NCBI GenBank assembly: GCA_002269645.1
Contig: NIVC01000105.1
Location: 163,992-227,991 of the forward strand
Direction: 5' to 3'
Source of the DNA: Macrostomum lignano
Taxonomy: Eukaryota
DNA: 64,000 nucleotides
This document shows, piece by piece, positions 1-12,476 of the stretch (position 1 is its first letter; each line of letters opens with the position of its first letter). The position numbers were made by a program, and so were the translations under genes. The notes under the pieces were generated by a model. The model saw only the letters and a list, made by a program, of their open reading frames with translations. It was not told the DNA's origin and did not search any database.

Positions 1-140
1 AGACTGCGTGTACACAGTGTACACAGATATTATTTTTGTTTAATTTTGTTTGCATTCTATTTTTATAAACCTAACGCTCGCGCGTGTCACGTGGAACAGA
101 AGTTAAGAAGAAAAAATCTATTGGGAATTTAGTAACGCAA

Positions 141-160
141 GGGTCAAGGAGTCTTGACCC
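141..160. other. Short perfect hairpin GGGTCAAG-gagt-CTTGACCC
   Basis: 8-bp inverted repeat with 4-nt loop read directly; function unknown. Confidence 0.5.
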
Positions 161-1520
161 TGGCGCACTTTAAGCTACATTGTCACACAACCGACGAGAG
201 GCATTACTGGCCCATTCCGCTGACTCCCCTGAGCAGGCACACAAGCGCGCGGATACGTACGCAGTCATAAGCACACTCACACACTCACACAGGAGTGCAA
301 AGCGGCCCTAACTTTATTTGAAACATGGATCGACAGGCCGAGTTACAGATGGTATGCAGCTGTCTTGAAAAGTACCGCATGTATTTATCTGCAGAATAGC
401 AGTGACTCTCAGTATATTAAAAAACTATATCTGATGACAGAAGTATAACTGTAGACAATTTTATAAGCATAATCTGCACATTAATGTTAATTTCGGCGTC
501 CTAGATCTAGATACGATGCTAATTCCAGTTAAAAACATTACTTGGCGCCTCAGGACTTCAGCTTCAGTTTAACAACTGCGCAACCTCTTCAGTTGAGTCC
601 GCGGCGGTCTCGTTTATTTATTACTCACATTTGTTATACTGCTCCTTTGTTTGTTTATTTACATAAACCGTTTTTTTTCAAAGCAATTTTATATTACGTG
701 TACACCGACGTTAATATTGCACAAAAATCTTATATATTATTTTAAGTATATTTTAAACTTTCCATCAATGACAACGGCGTTGTCCGGTAGATACTACTGA
801 TATTTTTTCGCTTCACATATTGTAGTAGTAGCTGGATAAAGAGTAGCTCAGAAAAAATTACTTTAATTTTTTTTAAGAAAAATTCTGAATAATAAAAAAA
901 TTGCACAAATAAGCTATTCAAGTATTTTTAACTCCTGAATAAAGACGTCCAACATAAAATATTTGAATTGAGCTGAGCTAATATTCTCATGGCTCAAAAA
1001 GTAAATTACCGCGTTCTGTTTTGTTCAAATCAGTCAAACAAAAGCAGAAACTATTTAAAACTTACTGTATAAAAATGGTATGCTATAGTCTGAATGTACA
1101 CAAAAATAATTCGTACAAAAAATGAAACTTCATTGTCCTCGTTAATACAGATTTTTCTAAAATATTTCTTTATCCGAACAACTAATATAGATAAGTAGTC
1201 TTTATGGTGTAGAAAATATTTTCCAATAAAAGTATCGATTGTGTGTAGCAGAGACAGACAGACATACTGGCAAACAGACACAGATGAACAGACAAGCAGA
1301 TAAAAATCAATTTGAGATATCGCGCAAGTCAGTCATACTCAAATGACTGATGCAATGTTGCAACTGATAACAAATCTCTCAAAGCCGCATCCCATTTGCA
1401 CTCGAAGCCTCACCGATGCCAGCAGCAGCCGCCAAATTGCCCCCACTAGAGGCAATTTCTATCATCGGGGTGCCGGCTGAAAATTTGGGGGGGGGGGATA
1501 AATCATGTACATGTACCTAC

Positions 1521-1705
1521 CAACCACACCTGATAATTATAGCTGTTAAGTAATTAGAGCAACCAAACACACCTGATAATTATAGCTGTTAAGTAATTAG
1601 AGCAACCAACCACACCTGATAATTTTAGCTGTTAAGTAATTAGAGCAACCAACCACACCTGATAATTATAGCTGTTAAGTAATTAGAGCAACCAACCACA
1701 CCTGA
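1521..1705. repeat. 43-bp minisatellite (~4.3 copies) in Amt intron 3
   Basis: CACCTG recurs at 1527, 1570, 1613, 1656, 1699; unit aaccacacctgataattatagctgttaagtaattagagcaacc. Confidence 0.95.
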
Positions 1706-1862
1706 GACAGACGACAGTTTAAACACTTGCCTCAAAGGAGTGCCTCATAGACCTGAATGACACGATAAAACAAAGATCAATGGGGTACTTTGGCATGCAT
1801 ACTAAAACTGTAACATCAAGTAAGCCACCAGAAAAGAATCTACACGCAGCGGTTGGACTCAC

Positions 1863-3377
1863 CATAAACCGAAGCTGCACCGGAGCGTCCACTCCGACGA
1901 TAGTGACGTTTGTAGCGGCCAGCCACCCTCTGGGCGACCAGACCCAGTGGCTTACAATCGGGTACACGAAGCCTGAAAGAAACCCGAACTTTGTATTTCC
2001 ACTGCTGGCAAAAATGTTCACCTCCCCATTCACAAGAAGTGTGGCGCAACCCTACAGCAGATATGGCGCCTCTATTCCTGATTGGTGCTTGGCGCCCCTT
2101 GGTGCTTGGCGCCCCTTGGTGCTTGGCGCCACTTGGTGCTTGGCGCCCCTTGGTGCTTGGCGCCCCTTGGTGCTTGGCGCCCCTTGGTGCTTGGCGCCCC
2201 TTGGTGCTTGGCGCCCCTTGGTGCTTGGCGCCCCTTGGTGCTAAAGCTACATCAACTACGCGCCGAGTACGCGGCATACCGTGTAGCAATTATCGAATTA
2301 CAGCACCGCTCACCGCTGATAAGCGCAGTGTACACAGTGTAGGCCGAGAAGGTGCTCCTATCGGCCACGGCTCCGCTCACGATGGAAGCAGCTGTGGCAG
2401 CAAACATCGCATTGAACAGGAAATGAGAGTACCGATTGGTGGGCAGGCCTGACAGGGCCCAGTAACCCGCGCCGCAGAACCGGTTGTCCGGCTGGCCGAA
2501 CGACAACGCGTAGCCGAACAGGTAGTACATGGTGGCGCCCACGACTGCGTTAGCGGGGTTCAATGATTAAGAAAATATATACTGGAAATCTCTCTGCACC
2601 GTCTATTGTACAGCAATCGTACTTAAGTGGGAAATCTCACTACTCTGAGGGTTCGGCCGGTCGAGTTAGTGCTGGAAATCTCTCACCCATTTCTCAGATT
2701 ACATCTGGAAATCTCATTCCTTTGTCAGACTCTAAATGGAAATCTCACCCCTTCATATAAGACCGTATCTGAAAATCCCACCCCTTTATAAGACTCTATC
2801 TGGAAATCTCACCCCTTTATAAGACTCTATCTGGAAATCTCACCCCTTTATAAGACTCTATCTGAAAATCTCACCCCTTGGTCAGATTAATTCTGGAAAT
2901 CTCACCTTTCTATCAGATTCATTTTGGAAGTCTCACCTTTCTATCAGATTAATTCTGGAAATCTCACCTTTCTATCAGATTCATTTTGGAAATCTCACCT
3001 TTCTATCAGAATCATTTTGGAAATCTCACCTTTCTATCAGATTCATTTTGGAAATCTCACCTTTCTATCAGAATCATTTTGGAAATCTCACCTTTTTATC
3101 AGATTACCTGGTAATTTCAGAAATCTCACTCCTATTTCAAGCGGTACTCACAGGAATCCAGCACATTTCTCAGCAGGATGCTGGTCACATTCTTAGCGGG
3201 AACAGACCCAGCCTCCAGCAGAGCAAAGCCAACCTGCATGGAGAGAATCACAATCGACATCAGGCATAGAAAGACGTCGTTCAGCGACTCCTTCAGATCG
3301 GTCATGTCCGCAGACAATGAGTCGATGTCGATCGCGCTTAGCTGAGAACTGCAGTTGCATTCCTGCTCGGTTTCCAT
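1863..3377 (-). CDS. amt: Ammonium transporter (Amt family), 3'-partial; exons 3377-3152, 2544-2314, 1972-1863; next exon (expected to start DFAG) not found in window
   Basis: Joined reading: METEQ...MQVGFALLEAGSVPAKNVTSILLRNVLDS|FVGATMYYLFGYALSFG...FLFNAMFAATAASIVSGAVADR...LIS|GFVYPIVSHWVWSPRGWL...FM. All are Amt hallmark motifs. Donors GTGAGT/GTGAGC/GTGAGT and acceptors cgcag/tttcag are phase-consistent (1,1,0). Confidence 0.92.
2085..2243. repeat. 17-bp minisatellite (GCGCCCCTTGGTGCTTG) in Amt intron 2
   Basis: About 9 tandem copies; same family, opposite orientation, at 16308-17080. Confidence 0.95.
2583..3130. repeat. ~31-bp minisatellite (GGAAATCTCACC core) in Amt intron 1
   Basis: Two subtypes: ctggaaatctcacccctttataagactctat and ttggaaatctcacctttctatcagattcatt. 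Confidence 0.9.
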
Positions 3378-3782
3378 GGTAACCTCATCAACCGTCAACA
3401 GAATGCCGCCACAAAGTCATAATTTTCCATCCTTTCCTTTATATAGACCAGTTCCAGCTTGAACCAGACTACAATTCCATTACACAGATTAGCGTCAAGG
3501 AAGTCATCACGAAGAATGCAAAGACTGAGAGTTTTACCCAATCCCAAAATCCCAACCCAATTACAAAAGTGTCCGGAGATAGTTAGAACTTAGTTGCATG
3601 TCATTGTCACAATAATGGCAAAAATACCAACTCATTTTGTGATTGAGTTGCTTCTCATTGTTTGTCATATGGCTTTGCTTGTCTAACTTCATCAAATAGC
3701 CTCATTATCAGATTGCTTGCTGCAGCCTAAAATAGCAACTGCTGCCGCCTCAGCAGCTGACACTCTGGGAAATGGTCCAAAG

Positions 3783-4215
3783 ACTGAGGATCTGGGAGGC
3801 TGGCCCAGCAACTGAGGATCTGGGAGGCTGGCCCAGCAACTGAGGATCTGGGAGGCTGGCCCAGCAACTGAGGATCTGGGAGGCTGGCTCAGCATCTGAG
3901 GATCTGTAAGGCTGGCCCAGCAACTGAAGATCTGGGAGGCTGGCCAAGCAACTGAAGATCTGGGAGGCTGGCCCAGCAACTGAGGATCTGGGAGGCTGGC
4001 CCAGCAACTGAAGATCTGGGAGGCTGGCCCAGCAACTGAGGATCTGGGAGGCTGGCCCAGCAACTGAGGATCTGGGAGGCTGGCCCAGCAACTGAAGATC
4101 TGGGAGGCTAGCCCAGCAACTGAGGATCTGGGAGGCTGGCCCAGCAACTGAAGATCTGGGAGGCTGGCCCAGCAACTGAAGATCTGGGAGGCTGGCCCAG
4201 CCACTGAGGATCTGG
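3783..4215. repeat. 28-bp minisatellite ACTGAGGATCTGGGAGGCTGGCCCAGCA (~15 copies)
   Basis: Direct tandem periodicity; source of spurious ORFs 3692-4204 and 3750-4277. Confidence 0.95.
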
Positions 4216-5757
4216 GCGGATGGTGACCTAATTACGAAAGCTGCGAAATTAGGAAAAAACCAACAAAAAAAGTTCATTTTAAGTATTTAGATGATAACAA
4301 TAGGTGACAGAAAGAACAGATCGTTCTTAGAGCATAGAAATATATAAACATTGATATTAGTAAACTACTCGTAGTTGTTGACAGCAAGGGCAAGATTTGA
4401 TGTAAACAATAAATAATATTGCTCACACTAAGCTACTGACCGAACTAAGAAATGTGACAACCAAAAATAGGTTCTCAATGGTAACCGCTAATTAAAAGAG
4501 GAAAGAAAAAATGTATATACGTAAAAAAGTGAACATTCGATCGCTAAGCCTCTAGAATGAACGGAAAAAGTCACAAAGAATTACAAGCAGAGTCTAGCAG
4601 CACAGAGTATTACTAATAACAGATTATGAAAAGTTATAAATGAAAATTAGGCACTTCGCGGACAAGTGAGTGAAACTTGGTAAAAAAGACGTTGATATAT
4701 ATAATTCACTACTGAAACTAGTAAACCAACTTGTAATAAAATATAAATATTAAAATCTCTAAGCGCAAATGAAACAAAAACTCAACTAAAACATTTTGTT
4801 ACCAAGGCCTACTCAAAGTAGAAAAACGCGGGAAACCTCGTCTCTTGGAAAATTTTAAGAGGCTACTCCTCCTACGGAGGTAAGAGGTTTTTATTTTTTC
4901 GACACAAAAACCGTTTATAGCTTTCGGTTTATAGCTTTATGGTGTTCGTTCAGAAAATTAGGATTCTATTTTATTTGTTATTCTAAGTCAATTTCCTATA
5001 CCTAAAACCACTGAGCCGTGCTTCGTCATTTCAATGATTTTTAGGCACAGGACAAGTGCAATTGTACGTAGAATAAAGAATTTAACATCGAATTCTAATT
5101 TTCTAAATGAAAAGCTTTACGAATTTCGATAGAGCAATAAGAAAGGCACAGCATATCAACAGATGAACACTGGGTCTGCCTCCTATCGAAAGCAATAACA
5201 ATTCTTGCCCTGAAAAATTGAAAACTTCCTATCTATGTAGTGTATTTTTAGGAAAAAATCGGCCTCATAAAACGAGGTCCCGTCCATCTACTTGAGTCTC
5301 TGTTAATTGAATCAATATTGTTATTAGACAATAAGTGTGTTTGGAATTTTATTAAAACATGAGAGAATAAAAACAATCAAAATCTATCAAATGTGTTAAA
5401 CAATATGTTGATTATATGTTGACTATATATAATATTGGCCAATCAATTGGACAGGTTTAACTTGACTCTGAGAGTACTTTAGGAACTCTTTTCTAACAAA
5501 ATTTATCAATTTATAAGATAGCGCAGCTGAATATTCAAGATGAGTAAAAAAACAGTTCATCGATGCACTGAATCTGAGCCAATGCTGAAAATATAATGAA
5601 TTTTAGCATGAATATATAAGCATCGGAGACCAAAAAAAGTTTCAAAAGTTATATAAATAAATTTACTAGTAAACACACTTTTAACCGAAATTAATCAGAT
5701 CAGTTTTCGTTTCTCAACCTCGAAAATAAAGCCATTTGTTTTGTTCGTTTCTCGTGT

Positions 5758-8700
5758 TTAAAATACAAAATTCTGCACGGAATCCGGCTTCTGCTTTGGC
5801 GCCTTTGGCAGCTCCTCTTCTGTTGGCAGGCGTCTGTAACTGCCCGACAAATTGCGACTGCTGCTTGACCGCCGACCAGATTGGTGGGCGGCGGTCGATC
5901 CGCGACCTTCCATCAAGCAGGCTATTATCTGCGGGTACATTGGGGTGGTTGGGGAGGGGCTGGCGGACTGTGTGTACATTGGGGTGGTTGGGGTGGGGCT
6001 GGCGGACTGTGTGTACATTGGGGTGGTTGGGGTGGGGCTGGCGGACTGTGTGTACATGTGGGGTGGTTGGGGTGGGGCTGGCGGACTATGTGTACATTGG
6101 GGTGATTGGGGTGGGGCTGGCGGACTGTGTGTACATTGGGGTGGCTGGGGAGGGACTGGCGGACTGTGTGTACATTGGGGTGGTTGGGGAGGAGCTGGCG
6201 GACTGTATGTATATTGGGATGGAGGGCTGGCAGACTGTGTCTAGATTGAGGTCGTTAGGGAGGGGCTGACGGACTGTGTGTACGAGTCCATTGGGGTGGT
6301 GGCGCTGGCGGGCTGCTGTGTACATTAGGATTTTGCTGTTCACCATCAGTGGATTTTAACTCTAGTATCACGTGAACTAGCTTGGAGTTAGGGTAAATGC
6401 GCTTAATTAGCTAACATAGCTACTAATAATAGTTATGAATAAATCCCAAAAAAAATCCGCCCGACGGTCTAAATGTTTTTAAAGTACGACTGAGAAAGCT
6501 ACTTATGCGCCTGTACGGTAGATAACCATAACCAAAGAACGGAAATGAAAACTGTACTTAAGATACTTACCTGGTAAAAAATCTGCAATAATTTTTATTT
6601 TTGCAGAATTTTTATATTGTTTAATCCAAACAATAAGTCCAACCCTCGCCCACTGTAGTTACAGGCCTTTACCTTTTGTTTCCGGTGGCAGACAACGTAG
6701 AGTAGACCGGCTAGCAGGATGAAAAGCACAAAGTACGCCAACATTTTGGACGATCCACCGTAGCTAAGCAGCCCCATATCGCCAAACCTGCCGGCAGTGT
6801 TACTAGTAAATCGCACTTTTGATTGCTGTCGATCAACCTCTTCATCATCAATAGCTTTGAATCGGCTAGGACGATCCTGAGGTCGAGCCCGAGGCGGACC
6901 CGGCTGTCTGCGATAAGACGGCGGCGGCGGCGGCGGTCGCAACTCGGAGCCTTTGCTGTCGGTGTTTACCGGACCGCCGCTGCGTATTTCAACTTCGCTG
7001 TCAACCCGAGCCGATTGTTTTTGCGGCGGCTTTTCAACATCACGATGGCGGCTCTTCGACGCTCCGGCGGCTTCGTTGTCTGCTGCCGAGCCACGATGAG
7101 CAGGACGCACTTCTTCGCGAGAGTCATAGTGATGGTCGCCGGCTCCGGCAGCAGGAGCAGGATGTGCATCATCCGGGTGCGCGTCGTGAGCCCCAACGCG
7201 GATGTTAGGGCGCGACTCGTCCCGACTAGAACTGTCTCGACCCTCAACTCGAGCTGCATCATCGCCCCGAGATTCTGGCTTGTCTTCTTTTTCACCTCTG
7301 CTTTCATGGTGCGCAGTTTTAGCCGGCAGGTCACCATGACGGGACTTCTCTCCAGATGCTTTGGCTGTGTCAGACTTCTCTCCAGATGCTTTGGCTGTGT
7401 CAGACTTCTCTCCAGATGCTTTGGCTGTGTCAGACTTTTCTCCAGATGCTTTGGCTGTGTCAGATTTCTCTCCAGATATCTTGACAGTGTCAGACTTCTC
7501 ACCAGATGCTTTGGTTGCGTCAGATTTTTCTCCAGATGCCTTGACAGGGTCAGATTTCTCTCCAGACGACTTGGCAGGGTCAGATTTCTCACCAGACGCT
7601 TTGCCAGTGTCAGATTTCTCTCCAGATGCTTTGCCAGTCTCAGACTTCTCTTCAGATGCCTTGACAGGGTCAGATTTCTCTCCAGGTGCTTTGCCAGTTT
7701 CAGACTTCTCTCCAGATGCTTTGGCTGCGCCAGATTTTTCTCCAGATGCCTTGGCTGTGTCAGATTTCTCTCCAGATGCTTTGGCTGTGTCAGATTTTTC
7801 TCCAGATGCCTTGGCTGTGTCAGATTTCTCACTAGGTACCTTGCCTGTGTCAGATTTTTCTCCAGATTCCTTGGCTGTGTCAGATTTCTCTCCAGATGCC
7901 TTGGCTGTGTCAGATTTCTCTCCAGATGCCTTGGCTGTGTCAGATTTTTCTCCAGATGCTTTGGCTGTGTCAGATTTCTCCCCAGATGCTTTGGCCGTGT
8001 CATAGTTCTCACTAGGTACCTTTCCTGTGTCAGACTTCTCTCCAGATGCTTTAGCTGTGTCAGATTTCTCTCCAGATGCCTTGGCTGTGTCAGATTTCTC
8101 TCCAGATGCTTTGGCTGTGTCAGATTTCTCTCCAGATGCTTTGGCTGTGTCATATTTCTCACCAGATGCTTTGGCTGTGTCAGATTTCTCTCCAGATGCT
8201 TTGGCTGTGTCAGATTTCTCTCCAGATGCCTTCGCTGTGTCAGATTTCTCTCCAGATGCCTTGGCTGTGTCAGATTTCTCTCCAGATGCCTTCGCTGTGT
8301 CAGATTTCTCTCCAGATGCCTTGGCTGTGTCAGATTTCTCTCCAGATGCTTTGGCTGTGTCAGATTTTTCTCCAGAAGCCTTGGCTGTGTCATATTTCTC
8401 ACTAGGTACCTTGCCTGTGTCAGATTTCTCTCCAAATGCCTTGGCTGTGTCAGATTTCTCACTAAGTACCTTGCCTGTGTCAGATTTCTCTCCAGATGCT
8501 TTGGCTGTGTCAGATTTCTCTCCATATGCTTTGGCTGTGTCAGATTTTTCTCCAGATGCTTTGGCTGTGTCAGATTTTTCTCCAGATGCTTTGGCCGTGT
8601 CATTGTTCTCACTAGGTACCTTTCCTGTGTCAGACTTCTCTCCAGATGCTTTGGCTGTGTCAGATTTCTCTCCAGATGCCTTGGCTGTGTCAGATTTCTC

Positions 8701-11700
8701 TCCAGATGCCTTGGCTGTGTCAGATTTTTCTCCAGATGCTTTGGCCGTGTCATAGTTCTCACTAGGTACCTTTCCTGTGTCAGACTTCTCTCCAGATGCT
8801 TTGGCTGTGTCAGATTTCTCTCCAGATGGTTTGGCTGTGTCAGATTTCTCTCCAGATGCTTTGGCTGTGTCAGATTTCTCTCCAGATGCTTTGGCTGTGT
8901 CAGATTTCTCTCCAGATGTCTTGGCTGTGTCAGATTTCTCTCCAGATGCTTTGGCTGTGTCAGATTTCTCTCCAGATGCCTTCGCTGTGTCAGATTTCTC
9001 TCCAGATGCTTTGGCTGTGTCAGATTTCTCTCCAGATGCCTTGGCTGTATCAGATTTTTCTCCAGATGCCTTGGCTGTGTCAGATTTCTCACTAGGTACC
9101 TTGTCTGTGTCAGATTTCTCTCCAGATGCCTTGGCTGTGTCAGATTTCTCTCCAGATGCCTTGGCTGTGTCAGATTTCTCTCCAGATGCTTTGGCTGTGT
9201 CAAATTTCTCCCCAGATGATTTGGCCGTGTCATAGTTATCACTAGGTACCTTTCCTGTGTCAGACTTCTCTCCAGATGCTTTGGCTGTGTCATATTTCGC
9301 ACTAGGTACCTTGCCAGTGTCAGACTTCTCTCCAGATGCTTTGGCTGTGTCAGATTTCTCTCCAGATGCCTTGGCTGTATCAGATTTCTCTCCAGATGCC
9401 TTGGCTGTGTCAGATTTCTCTTTAGGTACCTTGTCTGTGTCAGATTTCTCTCCAGATGCCTTGGCTGTGTCAGATTTCTCTCCAGATGCTTTGGCTGTGT
9501 CAGATTTCTCTCCAGATGCTTTGGCCGTGTCATAGTTCTCACTAGGTACCTTTCCTGTGTCAGACTTCTCTCCAGATGCTTTGGCTGTGTCAGATTTCTC
9601 TCCAGATGCCTTGGCTGTATCAGATTTCTCTCCAGATGCTTTGGCTGTGTCAGATTTCTCTCTAGGTACCTTGTCTGTGTCAGATTTCTCTCCAGATGCC
9701 TTGGCTGTGTCAGATTTCTCTCCAGATGCTTTGGCTGTGTCATATTTCTCACCAGATGCTTTGGCTGTGTCAGATTTCTCTCCAGATGCTTTGGCTGTGT
9801 CAGATTTTTCTCCAGATGCCTTGGCTGTGTCAGATTTCTCTTTAGGTACCTTGTCTGTGTCAGATTTCTCTCCAGATGCCTTGGCTGTGTCAGATTTCTC
9901 TCCAGATGCTTTGGCTGTGTCAGATTTCTCTCCAGATGCTTTGGCCGTGTCATAGTTCTCACTAGGTACCTTTCCTGTGTCAGACTTCTCTCCATATGCT
10001 TTGGCTGTGTCAGATTTCTCTCCAGATGCCTTGGCTGTATCAGATTTCTCTCCAGATGCTTTGGCTGTGTCAGATTTCTCTCTAGGTACCTTGTCTGTGT
10101 CAGATTTCTCTCCAGATGCCTTGGCTGTATCAGATTTCTCTCCAGATGGTTTGGCTGTGTCAGATTTCTCACTAGGTACCTTGCCAGTGTCAGACTTCTC
10201 TCCAGATGCTTTGGCTGTGTCAGACTTCTCTCCAGATGCTTTGGCTGTGTCAGATTTCTCTCCAGATACTTTGGCTGTGTCAAATTTCTCTCCAGATGCT
10301 TTGGATGTGTCATATTTCTCACCAGATGCTTTGGCTGTGTCAGACTTCTCTCCAGATGCCTTGGCTGTGTCAGATTTCTCTCCAGATGCCTTGGCTGTGT
10401 CAGATTTCTCTCCAGATGCCTTCGCTGTGTCAGATTTCTCTCCAGATGCCTTGGCTGTGTCAGATTTCTCACTAGGTACTTTGCCAGTGTCAGACTTCTC
10501 TCCAGATGCTTTAGCTGTGTCAGATATCTCTCCAGATGCCTTGCCAATGTCAGATTTCTCTTTGGATAATTTCTGACCAATAGAGACGTCTATTGTCTCA
10601 GTTAAGGATTTTTTATTGGTTTCTTTAATTGCAGCTTTCTCATTTCTTGATGTTGCATAATCCTTAGAATTCGAATTTTTAGCAAAAACATGTTGTATAC
10701 TAGGGAGACTTTTATTGCCCACAAGTTTGCTTTTAAAGTCCATTATGACTTCTTTGATCATTTGCACTTTTGAATTAGCAATGGCATTGGTTTGGAGAAC
10801 AGAATTAGACTTGGCACTTAGATTTGTCAAGTTATTTGCAATGCTACCATTAGACTTCTTAGAAGTAGCAAAAACATTTGGTGGCTTGCCATTGTTAGTA
10901 GATACATTGATTATTGGTTTGATATCCACTGGCAATGCAACTAAAATTGAAATTGGGAATAAAAAAGGTTTAGGCAACAATTTTATTAGTATTTAGTTTT
11001 AGTTATAATTTTGAATTATAGTTTTAATTTCATTTATAGAATGATTTCAAATACAATTTATACTTAGCTATATAACATATATATCTATATCTACATAAAC
11101 AGAAAAGGATTTATTGCTTTAGATAAGAAAGGGATTATTGTACTAGATAAGAAAGTGATTATTGTACTTGATAAGAAAAAGATTATTGCATTGGCTAAAA
11201 AGGCTTGGTATAACTACTTGCTATTTGGGAGATGCTTGCTATTTAGAGGATGTTTGCTATCTAGGGGAGGCTTGCTATATACATGTAGGGATGCTTGTGC
11301 TTGCTATTTAGAGATACATACTATCTGAGAGATGCTATTCCTTTGGTTTAAAATCCCTGAAATTGGAGATGATCCCAATAAGAAAGATATAAAATAACAA
11401 ACTGTGTTTTAAATAATGTTTCAAACCAACAATCCAAAATAATTCAAATCATTTTTATTTTTCCATTATCAAGTAATCAAATACCAACTATAATATATTG
11501 CCAGAGATTTTTATATGCATATAATTGTTTATTGAAAATGATCCAATTATCTATTTCAGTTTACAATTATTTAAATAGCAGAAATACAAGTAAATTATTA
11601 TGAACCAAAATAGATATATGAGGATCTTTGTTATTGCCATGCTATGGGAGAAACTATAAGTTGGCTACTCCATTCAGTTTTTCTAATGAAATGAATAAAC

Positions 11701-12476
11701 CCAGATTAATATTTTTTGCTTCTTTTGAGCAAGCCATGATCATTGAAAAAAATGATTTATGTATTGTAAACCAAAATGCAATTGCAACAATGATCATAAA
11801 CTGGAGGAATATCTTTGCTATTAGTATTAGGTGGGATACCTGCTCTCTTTGTAAAATCATTATTTTGCTGTTTTTTGTTACATTAAAAAGACATTTATAG
11901 CAAAAACATCTATGTTTGTGACAATTTTACTCAGAATCAAATAAGCTGATTTATAAGAGTGAGGAAAGAATTACTTCTTAACTTTAAGATAATGTGCTAT
12001 TTAATGGATTTGCATAAATAATTTTTGCTCCTTGCTTATTGGCCACCAGAAGGTGGGCACTAGATAGCTTGCTAGTAGGCCTACAATATCTAAAAAAGCC
12101 TAGCTCAAGTCTAGTTTTTATAATAATTAAACAAAACTATTTATTGCAAAAATGACATTTAATTTTATTTTACAGGATAGCCCTACTATACATTGCTCTT
12201 TGCTAGCTTGTTATTAAATTACTAAAATTTAATTTACTTCATTACAGCAACATATTTCATAAACATAAGTCATTAACCACCTAAGATATTGAAAATATTA
12301 AGATATAAGATATTAAAAAATAATGATTTAAAATGTACCAATTAAACAAGTTTAAGCTTACCGGAACCAGTCAATACTTCAAATCCAATAAGATTTGAAA
12401 GAAAAGCAAGCAGAAGGATAGTAAATATCGTTTGCTTCGCGCAAAATTCAGGAGTTCGTGTTGTAAATCGAATCAT
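5758..12476 (-). CDS. TGOLN2: TGN38/TGOLN2-like type-I membrane protein, ~1517 aa, with ~105 KASGEKSDTA decapeptide repeats; exons 12476-12362, 10940-6673, 5928-5758
   Basis: Exon 1 encodes a signal-like N-terminus (MIRFTTRTPEFCAKQTIFTILLLAFLSNLIGFEVLTGS), donor GTAAGC, phase 1. Exon 2 is 4268 nt and ends in TM segment LAYFVLFILLAGLLYVVCHRKQK. Exon 3 gives IIACLMEGR...GSYRRL...NFVF*. TM plus tail resemble TGN38 (FFAYLV...LYIAHHNKRKIIAFVLEG...SDYQRL). Orthology versus the related KCT2/C5orf15 family is unresolved. Confidence 0.82.
5935..6330. repeat. 39-bp G-rich minisatellite in intron 2 of the TGN38-like gene
   Basis: Unit attggggtggttggggtggggctggcggactgtgtgtac, ~9-10 copies, abutting the exon-3 acceptor. 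Confidence 0.93.
7345..10560 (-). repeat. Coding 30-bp tandem array (KASGEKSDTA)n
   Basis: Unit tccagatgctttggctgtgtcagatttctc on +. No frameshifts; common variants are synonymous in this frame (AAA/AAG Lys, GAA/GAG Glu). Confidence 0.95.
11105..11340. repeat. Degenerate 24-bp and ~18-bp short arrays in intron 1 of the TGN38-like gene
   Basis: gattattgtactagataagaaa-type units x4, then tgctatttagaggatgtt-type units. Confidence 0.7.

Noticed and set aside
1408-1477. Possible small minus-strand exon (GTPMIEIASSGGNLAAAAGI) as Amt exon 4
   Set aside because: Wrong phase for the preceding phase-0 donor, and it lacks the expected DFAG motif.
6823-10580. Overlapping 1204-aa (-) and 798-aa (+) ORFs over the decapeptide array
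   Set aside because: By-products of a 30-nt unit lacking stops. Only the KASGEKSDTA frame connects to signal, TM and tail exons and has synonymous-biased variation.
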